DNA from: Tricharina praecox
Lineage: Eukaryota
Length of the DNA: 64,000 nucleotides
Direction: 5' to 3'
Assembly: GCF_024521635.1 (NCBI RefSeq)
Contig: NW_026250403.1
Coordinates: forward strand, 1,984,001 to 2,048,000
The position numbers were made by a program, and so were the translations under genes. Within the stretch, counting starts at the first letter, position 1. Each line of letters starts with the position of its first letter. Below, piece by piece: positions 12,058 through 26,000 of this stretch. The notes under the pieces are model-generated. The model saw nothing but the letters and a program-made list of their open reading frames with translations, was not told the DNA's origin and did not search any database.

Positions 12058-15057
12058 TACATACTTGCATACATGTGTCTCATACATGTGTCTCATACAT
12101 GATACCGTACATACCGTACATACATCCCCTCTCCAACGGTGCATCTCGGCAGTTATATTACCCTCACACACAGTACTACACAGTAAGAGAGGGGGAAAAA
12201 AGTAAAAAAAAAGACAGCCACGTTTTCGTTTCGTTTCGTTTCTTGTTTGTCGGTAGATGGGATTTGTTTCTGCGGCTGTAGAGTAGAGTATGTAGGGTAG
12301 GGTGTTTCTATGTAGTCGCAAGCGATAGATAGGCGGTCTTCCCATCCTTTCCGCACCCTGATCCGCAGTAATTGTTTTCCTACGAGTCGTGGATCCTAGC
12401 TCTCGGACCGTCTACCTGTGCAATATCGAGATTGTATGCGGGATGGGATGGGGGGATTCCTGGAATCTCGAAGCGATGGATGGATGGCTGGATGGATGGC
12501 TGGATGGATGGATGGATGGGCGGATGGGCGAAATGTTTTTTCTTCATCGGTTGGATTGAACTGGGTGTGTGCACTGTGTGTCGGCTGCATGCGGCCAGGA
12601 TGGATAAGGATCTGCTGCTGCTGACGAAACGTTCTTATCGCAACAGGGAGGAAAACATGGTTGGTAGAGTACATGGTAGGTGAGGCGCTTCGATACCCAG
12701 AGTACCTACCTGGGCAGTGGGCAAGTAAGTACCTGATGCAACCGCGCCGTGCGAAAAGAAACAGCCCGGTGTATCTCAGGTGATTGAATGCTGAGACTTA
12801 CTTGTTCACTCGAATTCCGAATTTTGGACACGGCTGACCGGAAGTTTCCGAGTCGATATGATGTGTGAGAGTGACAGACACGGAATCACGTACCGGTATG
12901 TACCAAGAAGTTGTGGCAGCCTGGCAGGGGACGTTGTTTTGAGCTTGGGGTTCTTTGCGGGACTACTACCTATACATATGCACAGGCGATCACTCACTCA
13001 TTTGTGAGTTCTGACTTCTGACGCCACGCGCTATGTACAGATCATTGATAGGGCCCTATGTAGACTCCCATGTAGTCTGCTTTAACAGTGGTACCTCATG
13101 TATCTCATATGAGGTAAGTACTTACTCATGTAAGAATCAGGTGTTGCATGGGGTGATTGGGGACAATCCTATGTACCTACCCGACTTCCCCGTCTCGTCT
13201 TGTCACTTTCATAAGAGTATAAGCAGATTAAAACGGCCAACTTGCAGGTCAGGTCGGGACTCCACTCGAGTCTCGACGCAACAGCGACTGCTCTAGGTAC
13301 CGCATCTCATAATGGTCCGCGTCCTCGTCCACGTCCACGTTCCTGCCCTGGCTCTCGTCCTGGTATTGGTCCTGGTCCTCGTACTGTGCACTGTATTTTT
13401 GGTACCATCCAATCCTATCGTCCTCATACTCTTCCTCAGATTGCTCAGGGTTGTTGTCACTCATCTCCCCGGAGAAAAGCGCCCCATGAACGACACGTGA
13501 CTATGCCTCGGGGCTATCGGCATCGGCATCCACTCCAGAGCCCAGATCGGTACATCGGTGAGCAAATCCTTCCGCCAAGGCCGGCGGTATAAGCTTGGCG
13601 GCGGCCCCCCTTTGTGGTACCGGGCCATGAGCTCGACGTGCCGATATAGATTCCGAGCGATGCCCGAGGGAGAGGGTGGGGCTGCACGTGACTTTTTGGG
13701 GGTGCCGAGCGGAGGAGACCTTCGGTCGTAGCTTCGGCAGGGCTTCTCGGCGGCCTTCCGACGAGCGTCGCACGCAGCGTTGAGACCGCGCTCCACATCC
13801 ATCGGGCATACCCTTCGGCTGTTACTTAGCATTCCTCGGCGAAGGCGCGCTTGCGCTGTGCGTCGAGATCGGCTTTCGCGGCTGTCGGGGGCTTGAGACT
13901 ATAGTAGCGCGCCAGTTGCGCTTTGGGCTAGCGGACTAAACTGAAGATATCCCTCTCTCTCTGTGCCAGCGGACATTTACCTGGCCCGGCTGCGCAGGCG
14001 CAGGTGCAGACGCTGCAGGATCGTAGATCGTGGACCGTGTGTAGCACGGCGAGAGGTCATGCGGGGCGAGGGAGGCTGAGGGAGGAGTGGGAGAACTTTC
14101 CCGGCCGGCCGTTGTGGTAGACATTTCGGCGTGGTGATGTGGCAGCGTTTCGGGGGCACGCGGCGTTTCGGGGGCTGTCGGCCTGGTCTATCTATTCAGA
14201 CTTGGATTTGGAGTGGGATTGCGGGGATGAATTGCTAGGGTAGTTGCTGTTGTTGATAGCTTGGAAGTCGTCAGAGCAACGGAGTTAAACAGAGCCGCTG
14301 CTCCCGACGATGTAGACTCTAGATTACGTTGAATCACTCCTCAAGGACTGATTCACCTCAACGTCAAGGATCATACGGCAGTTATCTATTCCAAGCGTAT
14401 GTACCACCCAAGATTCACCCACGAGGATTAAGAGAACTTGGCTGCAGATTCAATCACCATCCATGCAAGCTTTAGTAATAAATCTTTAAACCAAGAAAGC
14501 AGGTCATTCTTTAGGATAAACATTTACCCTGACATGATTCAGATTGTTCGTTAAGAGGTCTCGCTGAGGCCTGGTGATGCCTTTGGTGTTTGGTGGGGTG
14601 CTAGTGGATTAGAGTTCCATCCCGAGAATGCCAATCACTGTATATCACTCCGCCTCCGCGGACGAGTGCTCAGTGATGATACGGCAGTCCAAAATTCTTG
14701 GCATGTGCTTGGTGCGGACAATGATGTCATATCCCGATGTGTGATGATGTCGTGTAATAGGAGCTAACCTCAACCCTTCCCTGACTGACAGCTTGCGTGC
14801 CGCGTACTCCAATTGAACCCGCCTTCCACTCAGGCCACGCACAGCGAATGAGCTCATTGCACAACACCGACGACGCCCTGTGGAATTACTCTCCGGCTGG
14901 AATTCTTGAAGGGATCGCGCTCTTCAGATCGAGAAATCCTGTGTAAAGGCCAAGTCATTCAATTGGACACAACAGGAACTGTATATCTACCGTACCTAGT
15001 CGGAACTTGTCTTCCGGCGAAGTCAAGAAACTGTAACCAGACACGACACGGACGAGC

Positions 15058-18000
15058 ATGAGCACGAGCAGCACAGTAACCCACCCCGACAGCAATAGCG
15101 CAACAATGGACGAGAAACGCATCAAAGAATTCACGACTGACGGCGTGAACCCCCGCTACGACGAGACGGGGCTTCAGACCTCCAACAAGCTGCACGAACA
15201 ACCGGCGGACCAACAGCCATCCGGCGACGACCTGAAGCCGCAGACGGATCCCTCGACGGAGAACCACAATCGGCGCGAGGTGACGGATCCGGTTACGCAC
15301 CTCCAAATAGCGATCCACGACGCCACAGATACCGAGCTCGAACGGATTCCGCCGCCGCCCGCGTCGCCGCAGGACCAGCCGGAGGGCACGGCGGAAAGGA
15401 AGGATGACTCGGATCTGAGGCATGATGAGATGAATACGCTTGTTAAGGAGGAGACGAAGGGACGGTGGACGGACTATGCCGAGAGGGAGAGGAGGGGTAG
15501 GCTTCGCGCTGCGTTTATTTCGGGTGGGGCGACGGCGGGGGCTACGGTTGTGGTGTTTATGTGGGCTATGATGATGGCGGGGTCGGAGGGTGTGGGGTTC
15601 CTGTTCCTTGAAATGGTGATTGGGATTGTGGGATGTGCGGTGGTGGGTCTGGGAGCGGGCGCGATGGTCTGGACGTACACTGCGGTTGCAGACGATGACG
15701 GTGACGTCGAGAAAGTGGTGGAGCAGAAGGTGGGAGGGCTATACTCTTTTCGGCGAGACACCCTGGCGTTCTAATCGAGTGATACTCACAGAAACCATTA
15801 CCCACAAGCAAACAGCACAAGCCTCCGGAATCCGCAGCCTGGGTCAACTCTTTGCTATCGTCGTTATGGCCCATCGTCAATCCGGCGCTCTTCAATTCCA
15901 TTGCCGATATGCTCGAAGATGCGATGCAGGCATCACTTCCGAAGCTCGTCAAAGGTGTCCGGGTTGCCGAACTCGGCCAGGGAAACGAGAGCTTGCGCAT
16001 TCTCGGGATCCGATGGCTTGAGACTGGCGACGCTGCCGAGGACAAGCAGGGCATGCCGGGCGAAGAAGGAGATTTCGCCAACTTTGAAATCGCCGTAGCG
16101 TACCGCTCGCGACCACCGGCGCATTCCACGCGAGGCTTGCGCGGCCGCAGTCGCAACGCCCACCTGCTGATCGAATTCTCGGCCATGGGAGGGGTCATGT
16201 TTCCAGTCTGGGTAGAGGTAACAGGAATCCTTGCTACAGCGAGGATGCGTATCCAACTTACCCCGAATCCTCCATTTCTGGGCCTAGCGACACTCACCTT
16301 GCTCGGACAGCCAAAGGTCAACGTTTCATGTGTGCCTATCGCAAAGAACTTTCTGAACATCATGGATGTGCCCGTGCTAAATCGGTTCCTCCAAAGTAGC
16401 ATCGATTCGGCTATCAGCACATATGTGGCACCCCGCAGCTTGACGCTGGATCTCAACTCCCTCCTGACCGGGAAGGAGAAGATGGATACGGAGGCTGTGG
16501 GGGTTATCGTCGTCAGGGTCATCAGAGCAACAGGCTTCAAATATGGCGATGGCGGCAAGAAGTGGCTACCTGGGGCCATGAAAAGAGGTGATCCATATGT
16601 TGCTATTGGCTGGGGCAAGTGGGGAAAGGGGATGTGGAGTACCAGGTAGGCTGACTTTTTTTCTTTTTTCTTTATCTGCTTGATGGTCCGTGAGGAGGGG
16701 AGAGGAAGCAGTTGGAAAAATTCCTCGAAGGTGTCCAACCAAAGGATGCCTTGATAGCCCGAAAGCACTGCCGGTAGATCGTGCCCCGGTCATGAAATGC
16801 CTCAGAACTACCCCGGAGCAGTCGTACCCGCTCACTGAGAGCATCGTACTACGAAGGAGGAGACAGCATCATACGACTATCAGGTTTCTGGCACAGAGCT
16901 GCAATATCCAAGATATCATCCTGGCATGTCGAAGGGCATCGTGTTGGCATCTCATGCCCTGGCACGCGATTGCACCAGCCTAGGAGCCAATGACAGGAGC
17001 TCAAAAATCACTGGTTGGAGCTGACTCTACAGCTCAGCCTGTTAGTCGATCATAGCATCTCCGATTGGGCGTTTGCTCTGGGAGTGTGAAGCTAGATGCT
17101 GCCTGCACCTGCTCGCTCGCTCGTCGTGATCCCAACCTCAGCGGTCAGACACGGCTGAGAGCACCGGAGCATTGATGCCTGCCCCACAGACACTCATCAT
17201 GCGAACATTCCTGGTTGGGGCTTACGACGAGCTCGAGCTCGAACTAGGGGGATGGCAGCAGCAGGAGCTGTTGACGAATCGTCTTTCATTACCCATGCGT
17301 ATAGCTTGAGAGCCTTATGAACATCTTTTACCTAGAAAGGAGGGCTGATTCGAGTGCCAACATAATAGGATCATCGAAAATGAAGGAGAGCCGGTTTGGG
17401 ATGAGACGGACACGATGCTCGTGGGACCGACGGAGGTTGGTGCAGACGAAAACCTGCGGCTGCAGCTGTGGGATTCTGGTGAGTTTGTCGCACACCCCCC
17501 GATTTTTATTTCTTTTGCATCTATTGGGAAGACTGTGACTGGGCACTTCGAGATGCCATCTCGTTGTTGTCGTGTAGAGTACAGCAAAGTGGTCTCAATT
17601 GTCCAAGCACCAATCCTGGCCGTTGTTTTCGAATGATCATCGACATTAGCCAGCGTGGTGGTGCTCATCACCAACCGTTTTCCACAGCTCATCTAATCAA
17701 ACGAGTTGAGCTAATCGATAATTTTTTTTACCAGATCGAACCACAGCGGACGATCTTTTAGGAGTCGTGGAAATCCCACTCAAAGATGTCATGACCCAGG
17801 ACTCCATGAAGAACCGTATTTTAGAACGCGAAGACGACTTTGTTGACTACGAAGGAAAGCCCTGCCCTGGAAAACTGTGGTGGAACGTCGGATACTTCTC
17901 GAAGCCGGACTTTGGCGAGTACCTTGCCCATCGTGAAGGCGTCGATGTTGAGGAGGCAAAGAGACAGATTGAGAAGGAGGCCGAGCGGAAACTCAGGGAA

Positions 18001-19428
18001 GCCGGTGGACTTGACGAAACTGGAGAAACAGCACAGCAAAAGAAGGAAGACTTGAAAGAACAGAGCGATAAGATCATTGCCAACACGCCTCCAAACACCG
18101 ATTACCCTAGCGGAATCCTGTATATCGGGATCCAGCAGATCGTGGGGCTTGAAGTGGAGAGGGTAAGGGATTCGGGTGTCAAAGAGGCAGAGGACGAGGA
18201 GGGCGAAGATCTCCCTAGCGCTTATTGCACAGCTATCATCAATCACGAGAAGGTGTACAAGACGCGGACGAAGCTGAAGGATAACAAGCCTTTCGTATGT
18301 ATTCCGCTTCCCAGCCTCGTTCCAGCGATGAAGGTCTAACACTACCAACAGTTTGATGCCAGTGTAGAGCGCTTCATCCGTGACTTCCGAACAACGACAC
18401 TCATCATTTCGGTTCGAGACCACCGTCCCCATGAAGCCGACCCGCTCTTGGGAGTTGTCGTCCTACCGCTCGATCGCATCTTCGCATCTGGTTCACAGGT
18501 GGTGCAATCCTTCCCGCTCGTCGGGGGTATCGGATACGGCCGAGTTCGTCTCTGTTTAATCTTCCGCAGCGTCTACCTCCGATTACCGCCGCCATTGATG
18601 GGCTGGAGCACGGGCACACTTGAAGTCTCGCCGCACGCCTCCGCCTCCGAAGGACTTCCTCAAGACCTTGCCCAATGCCGCCTCGTCTTCCGCACTCTCT
18701 ACAGCAAACACAAGATGTTCCCAAACTCGGACGCACCCAGGGAGTGGAGCCGGAAGCGCCGCGATCGTTCGCTCCACCTTGCCGTGTGTAAACGTTATGC
18801 CTCTTGTCTCCTCGTCCAGTTCCGAAAGTACTCTCTCGGACCCGACACGACGCCCGCGTTCGCCGTGCTGTGGCTCAAAGACATTGCCGACGACGACGAG
18901 GTCGAGCTCGAGCTGCCGGTGCGAAAGGGCCACCTAAAGCGGGCCGTCAAAAACGCCGACAACGAAGGGGAGCAAGTGGGCGTGTTGAAAGTCCGGGTGA
19001 AGTTCTGGCCCGGCCTCAGCGGGTACCACCAACACATGGCCGCGGCGAACACGAACATGGCGGATGTCATGCAGGTGCTCGAGGCGGCCGAGGACGCCAA
19101 AGCCGTGGAGGGGTACCACTCCGAGACATCGTCCTCGTCGGACTCCTCGGACGACGACGAAGACGCCTACAACGACGCAAAAAGGGACAACGCCGACCAC
19201 GATGACGGAAAACGCGGGCTGACCGATGAACTGAAGGACTATAAATGCAATCGCAAAGACATGCACCGCCGACACCGCGGGCTGATGCAGTTCCGGACGG
19301 CGAGGCAGGTCGCCTGGATGGGACATAAGGTCGAGGAGAAGTCCCATGAGCTCGGCGATAATCTCAAGTCGAGGTTGAAACATCGGGGGAGAGCGGCCGA
19401 CGCCCAAAAAGTCGAGACGGAGGTTTAA
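15058..19428 (+). CDS. mug190: SMP (synaptotagmin-like lipid transfer) + C2 domain membrane protein, Mug190/tricalbin-like; 5 exons (15058-15729, 15792-16645, 17369-17478, 17735-18294, 18352-19428), 1090 aa
   Basis: N-terminal REVTDPVTHL motif and two hydrophobic TM segments. SMP start PESAAWVNSLLSSLWPIVNPALFNSIADMLEDAMQASLPK. C2 motifs GDPYVAIGWGKWGK-MWSTRII...PVWDET...LQLWDSDRTTADDLLG and DLPSAYCTAIINHEKVYKTRTK. C-terminal HRRHRGLMQF. All junctions are in frame; the first donor (GTGGGA) is weak. Confidence 0.88.
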
Positions 19429-22158
19429 CTTGTGTACTCTACTCACAGCTGGGATCGGATCGGAGAATTGGTTTCGATTCGATGTGGGGTTGCTTTGCTT
19501 TTTCTTTCTGTTCTTTGGGCCGGGATTCGAATTTCGCACGCGGTATTTGGGGCGTTTGATATTCTTTATGTAACTGCTTTGCGTCTGTCCGGAATTTACC
19601 TACCTACATACTCTGCACACATACATACAGTCCACAGGCAGAGTACATTTAGGTATCGGTACGGGATACTCTTTCTCATGCCTTAGCCGGATACACCAAT
19701 CCGCCTACCTAAGTACAGTACATCTCAGCATTCTCCACTGGTGTATATGTATCAGTACATCCCGTCTATACATAGTCACATCTGTCAAGGAAATCCCCAT
19801 AGGTAGGTAGGCCGGTATGTACTACTACTTTTGACAGACAGGAAAGTACATACACATACTGCAGCCACATGCGGCCCCACCACCCCCAAGTCCCAACCAT
19901 TCATTCATTCCATCTGCAATGCAATGCGCGAGCGAGGATGATCATCGTCATCGTCATCCTCCGGGCTGGATTGAAATCGAATCAATCGGGGTTAGGCCCC
20001 CTTCACGGAACGCGGTGAGAGAGGGAGGGTCAGGAGAGAATAAGAAGAGGAATGGAGAAGAATTGGGAAGAATAGGGTAAGGGGAAGGGAAGCGGAAGGG
20101 AAGGATGGGGAAGGGCGTGCAAACGGACGTCTGCAGAATGCAGAGTGCAGAGTGGAGTACATACATGTACATACACATAAGTCTGTACATAAGCCTGTAC
20201 ATAAGTGTGTACATTACGCTAGAGGGGGTATATGTGCAATATAGGTAGTCTATGTAAAGATGTAGATGCGGCGCTGGCTAAGGAATCTGCGCATCTTACA
20301 CTTTCACTGGGCATTTTGCACTCGGGATCTCTGAGAGTCACGCCACTCCACGCCACTCCGCGCCACGATGGTCGGTCGGTTTACTGTCCACTGTCTAGCC
20401 CTATCGGTACTTACACACGTGAGGGTTGAGGCTTGAGGGTTGAGGGTTGAGGCTTGGGGCTTGAGCGAGGAATGGGCGCGAGTGTGTGGGGTTGTCTTGT
20501 CTTGTCTTGTCGGGTGTGGCTGTGGCTGCGGGGAGAAAACGTAAGGGTAAGGAGGGCAGGTGCCGGTATGTACCGTAGCGTTGCTTCGGGGATTGAGGCT
20601 TTGAGGCTTGAGGCTTTGTGCTTGTGCATGTGAGTGTGCGTGAGAGTGGGTAATAGTGGGTATAAAAACAAACAAACGTCAAACAGAATTATCCATACAT
20701 AGTACTTACTCCACTTACCTACTCCAGACTCCAGAGTCCAGGTACCTGGTACGATATAGTAGGGATACTGATATAGTACCCAGACTGCAGTATGTACTTG
20801 CCAACCCCACGGTTGAATATCCGAATCCGAACAAACAAACAAACAAACAAACAAAGGAAAGAAGGAAAGATCGGGAATCGGAAGTCGGGAGTGCCCGCGG
20901 AACAAAGGACATCCCCGTCCCATCCCTCCATCTTCCCATCCCATCTCCATCTCCCATCTAGGATATTCGAATTCGAACTAGTGGGTGGTGGATGTAGCCG
21001 TGTAAACAACTGCCCATCACTTATTGCCCCATAGGTACCCATAACCCACTGTCTTGGGTGGTCCGAGGAATTCCAGGGCCCCCACGCACGATACATCCGA
21101 TACATACCATATCGAATATCGATTCCCGAAGGTCAAATCCTAACCACGATCGTAAAATCAATTCTCCATTAGGAAACCGCAAATTTAGATATCATCATCA
21201 CCGTCATCGTCATCCGTCGGAAAGCGAAAAGACAATTGCAAGCGAGCGAACATTATCGTAGCATCGTAGCAGTAGCAGTAGCAGTAGCAGTAGCAGCAGC
21301 ACACTGCAAACCAAAAGTAGCAAGCCTATCCACACATAACCATAACCATACCGTACAAGAGAGAGAAAGAGAGAAAGACGAGAGATTTTCTAGGGCCTTA
21401 TGGTAACGTTGCAACAAGATCAAGACAAGATCAGGACAAAAAGCAGGCAGAAACAAAGATCTGATGGAGAGAGGATTAGAAAATAGCTTTACATACGCAA
21501 AAATGAACAGACGGCCGGAAAGGGCTGCAAACGCGATGCGGAGAAAAAAATAAAATAAAGCACAAGATAAAGCCAAAGAAAAAAAAAGCAAATAATAAAG
21601 TACTGGTAAGAAAGACACTGAAACAAAAAGCAAATAGATTTTTCCCAATAACCAAAAACTGAACTGAACGAACTTGAACCTCCCAAAAACCCTAACTAAA
21701 CTCGATCGAATCCACCGCCCCAATAGTGCACACAACGCAAGGAAATAACAGAAAAGAAAACTAAAATTAACAAGGAAACAACTCCCCAATTTCATACCGA
21801 TGCCGCCATATTTTATAAAGTAGTTGATGCGAGAGATGATGCGAGATGATGCTGATGATGCTGATGATGAGGAAAGAAACGCGCGCCGCCGTCGCCGCCG
21901 ATAGTATTACAAGGTTGCCTGTTCCAAAAGAAAGGAATGAGAGAGAGGGGGAGGGCTCCGCCGGTGGATGTTTTTTTTCTTATTGTCTTCCGTTTGCTGT
22001 TGCTGTCTTCCGTACAGTTCCATTCGTTGGCCGTTCGTTCGTTCGCGATCGTTGCATTGAGTTATTGTTGTCAGTCCTAGGTAGCCGGAAAATGAGTTCC
22101 CCCTCCCCTTGCAGCGCAGACGCCCTGCCTGCCTGCCAGCTGGCAAACTAAGGGCTTT

Positions 22159-23096
22159 TTAGCCCCCGTAGTTGCTGACGAACGATGCTGCACCCCGAGC
22201 TTGCGAACCATGCGCCAACGAATGCGAGTGTGTATGGCGCAGTCCTCCGCCGAGTCCCTGCCCAACAACGGCATCCCCGATCGAGCCGTAGGTGTAGCTA
22301 CCGTTCCCACCGATGCTTCCTACTCCTACTCCTACTCCTACTCCTCCGCCCGCTCTTACAGCTGCTTCCGAGCTGCTTCCAGCAGTAGTCGTGTAGTTGG
22401 AGAACTCGTCGCTGCCGAAATATGGACGGGCGGTCTGCGGGGAAGTCTGCGGGGAAGTTGGGGACTGCTGTTCGCCGTTTGATCGCTTCTCGAAAATGTT
22501 GAGCATCAATTCGGCAGCGTCCTCGTAGGCGTTGTAATGACCATTGTACCAGTATCGTGCTTTTATTACGTGGTATGTACCCACGCGTACCGTGCCTTGC
22601 CAGGCTGTTCTTCCGCCTACATGTACATCATTGCGGTTAGCCAGTTTTCTTCGTGCATGGCATGGATTGTGGTCGCGGCGACGGCGACGGTGGTGGTGGT
22701 GGTTTCGGATTTCTTGCGCAAGGAAAAATGGGGCACGACAACGTCGATAACAACGAAGCAATGCAGGAAGAAGAAAAAATCCGCGGGAGAAAGTGCAAGG
22801 GCGACTATTTTTGTTGAGGGAAAGGGTGGTTAACGTACCACGACGATCAGACATGAGCCCGAAGACTGGCTTCGGGAGGTTTGTGGCCTCGCAGTGGTCT
22901 GCAGAGAAGGAAAAAGAGAAGATTAGCCCCCACTGAGGTTCCGAAGCAGAAGGAGTAGGAAGAAGAGGCAATAATGCTCTAAGTTATGCATACCACTAAG
23001 CTTTTGTTGCCAGCTCTTTTTGTCAACGTTCGGTGTTGGCGAGCTTGGTGCTGTGGAAGGCTTGACCGCTGGGGTTGTGGAAACACTGATAGGCAT
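22159..23096 (-). CDS. Conserved fungal protein with a dsRNA-binding-motif (DRBM)-like domain; 3 exons (23096-22994, 22898-22839, 22616-22159), 206 aa; start uncertain (frame open up to ATG at 24029)
   Basis: The spliced product reads SWQQKLSDHCEATNLPKPVFGLMSDRRGGRTAWQGTVRVG...ARYWYNGHYNAYEDAAE. This matches a conserved ascomycete family (W..L..HC......P.F...SDRRGGRTAW...A.EDAAE) with an alpha-beta-beta-beta-alpha dsRBD-like layout. Donors GTATGC/GTACGT, branches CTAAT/CTAAC and YAG acceptors are canonical. Confidence 0.8.
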
Positions 23097-26000
23097 GACC
23101 GCTGGGACTGTGGAAACAAGGTGGTAGGAGTGAGGGTGGTGATGGTAGTGGTGGTGGTTGTTGTTATTGTTGTCCTGGTGATGGTAATTGATGGAAGGTG
23201 TAGCAGTAGTACCGTAGCCGTGGAAATAGTTTGGCGGAGGAAGTGAAGGCGGTTGAGATATAGCGAGAGGAATGAAATATGAATAAGGATTGAGCTTTAG
23301 TGCTTGCTGCTGATGAAAGACGACTCGGCTGGTGCTGCTCCTTGGGACGAAGGAATGGCTGGGTTGTTGCAGCGGGAGGCCCGGTACAAGTAATAGCGGC
23401 GCAGGAATAGCTTGAGATGATGATGCGGATTGTAGTGCAGTTGTTGTGGCAGCTCGTGGAAGGGAAACGACGGGAACCCATGATCGACGTGGCTTTAAAT
23501 GGCACCCTGGATGAAATTGTAGTAGCGGTAGTGGTTGTGGTAGTGGTTGTGCTGGTGGTGGTTGTGCTGGTGGTGGTGGTGCTGGAAGAAGTGCAAGAGG
23601 AAGTGATGGCCGAGAGTGGCTCCATGTCCCAGGTCCAGCAGGAGCAACGACAACAGAAGCAGTCCCACGCCTTCCCTCGTTTCCATTTGCATTACCATTT
23701 CGTGGCCCACCACGGCCCTTTCGAGCAGTCATGCATCTGCCTTCGCTGCCAGTGTGGTCTCGCGCGACTGCGTATGCGCGATGACTTAGACCGCCGCCGC
23801 TGTGGCAGGACCTGTCTACCACTGCTGCTGCTGCTGCATGGGATTCAGACGGACGCCGCCGCTGTCGATATGGGCCTTCTGACTGTGGTGGCCGTTGTGA
23901 CGGTAGTGATGCTGCCGATACTACTGCGGCTTCTGCTGCTGCTGGAGGGTGATCGTTGAGCTGGCGCGCAGGAGCAGCAGCAGCAGCTATTCCTGCGCCT
24001 GCAGAAGAGTGTTCCACGGAACCTTCCATCGAAAGGGCCGGGGAAAGCTAGCTCGCTCCGCTGCTGCACCGTGCGGTGGGTTCGGGAAAAAGGGAACAAA
24101 GGAACAGCCAGCCAGCCAGCCAGCCCACAAGCCTGCCTCGGGGAGGAGCAACGGATGTACTTGGTTGGCGGGTTCGGAGTGAGATGTGAGTATGTAGCAG
24201 GTCCTTTCAAGATGACTTGGGATGGACGCCGCCGCTCAACAGATCGGTGCGGAGTACGTGTTCGATGCTCCCTGACTGCCTGCCTGGTCCGCGGACGGAC
24301 GAACGAACGGATGGACGAACGAACGAACGGCCGGAACGATACCTAGACAGACACTGTATGCCGAGGGATGGATGGATGCGTGAAGAGATGGGGGTGCGAT
24401 GCGTTCGTCTTGCTGTTGCCTATCTTGGCCCCCTTGCTTGCAAATCGGAGAAAAGAAAGAATTGAAAAAATATTCCTCACCCGGGTAAGAAGTATGTGGT
24501 TCTTTGGCCTCTTCCTGGAAAAGTTCGTACGTACGGATTGCTCAAGATCATGCCTGATAACTGATAGCTCGCCAGCACATATCCGTCGGTTCCATCCAAA
24601 GCTGCCAGAAACTGCTTCTCCCGGATCTCGTGAGGGTAGGAGGTTGAGATGAGCTCGAGGTTGCATTGCTCACCCACCCACCCATCCTCCCGCCGCAGAT
24701 ATATACTTGGTACCGCCTACTTACTTACACCCGCCAAACCCCAGGGTCTCAGCTACCCACTGCCATACGCTTGTTTGCGGCAATAACTACATACACAGCC
24801 ACAGCTCCCCCGGGATTATGGCGTCCTCCTTGGACGTTTATCTTGGGGCTAGGGTTGCACTGGAGGGGGGAGGGGGGGAGAGGGGCTCCAGTGGAGGAGG
24901 GGAGGGTTCGCGGGGCGGGCGTAGGGAGTGGGAACAGGACAGTATTGATCTCTCAGGGCCGCAACTACGGCTAATGGGGAGAGCTATCGGAGGCTGCATC
25001 TCATCGCTTGGCGCATGTGGAAGGCTTTATTGGCTTCGTTTTCTCCTTGTTGTGAGGGCAGGGCCGAACTCGAGTGTCATTGGTTTCTCCAGCTTATTCG
25101 TTGAACCGAGCCGGGCAGTTACGTCTCCAGTCAGTCCAAACGCGTACACCATCACTATAATACTACTCGGCCTATCCCTGAAAAACTGGCCTCCTCCTTT
25201 TTGTGAGATGGAGATGTATGTTGGACTGTTGGGGCTACCTGGGGGCACCTATCTATCTACACTACCGATAGTACCGTGCCTGGGGAGCTGAGGGATGAAT
25301 CACTTGATGTTTGATGTTGCACGTTGTGGCTGGTGTGGCCAGTCCAGTCCGATCATCCGAACCTCTTCATAGGCCCCGAGTCCTTCCCTCCCCCACCCCC
25401 TCGGATCACATCTCTTGGGGCGGCTACATATAAATATAAATTTTAAACCGGCCATCGCTTGATCCTCTTGGATCTACCATCCATATTTCCTGCGGTATGC
25501 TACACACTACTATATTTACCTCGTCAATGGTGCGCGGCAGCGCGGAAAGCATATAGGGAGTACTATAGCTCAGCGGAAGGCTGCCCCCAACTGAACTGAA
25601 CCGACCGAACCAGGCCGCTAACTAACCAACTACATACACTTGAACTTCCCCCAACACCAAAAACGATTGTCGTCCCAACGAGCAAGAGTGAGCGCATCCG
25701 AACGATGGATGGTGTAATGGTGCACCGGACTGGACTCGACTTGGTATCCACCCATCGAGAAGGCCGTCATTATGTACTCGATCTGGGTGACCACACAAGG
25801 GCAACTGCGTTGGTTGGTTGGTTGGTTGGTTGGTTGGTTGCTTGTCATTCGGATCGCCGGACTCAATATTTCATGGGCCGGTGTAGAAACGAGGAGGAGG
25901 ACGAAGAAGAGGACGACGCGAGGGAGCTTTCAGCTGTGGCGAGGCGGCAGGGCCTCATTCCACAGCCGCCCTGCCTGCCTGCCATGAGCTCGCTCTGTAC

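Noticed and set aside
15566-16768. 400-aa minus-strand ORF
   Set aside because: Antisense shadow of the SMP-domain exon.
20420-20465. TTGAGGG/TTGAGGC heptamer run resembling telomeric repeats
   Set aside because: Not TTAGGG, short and degenerate; treated as an ordinary microsatellite.
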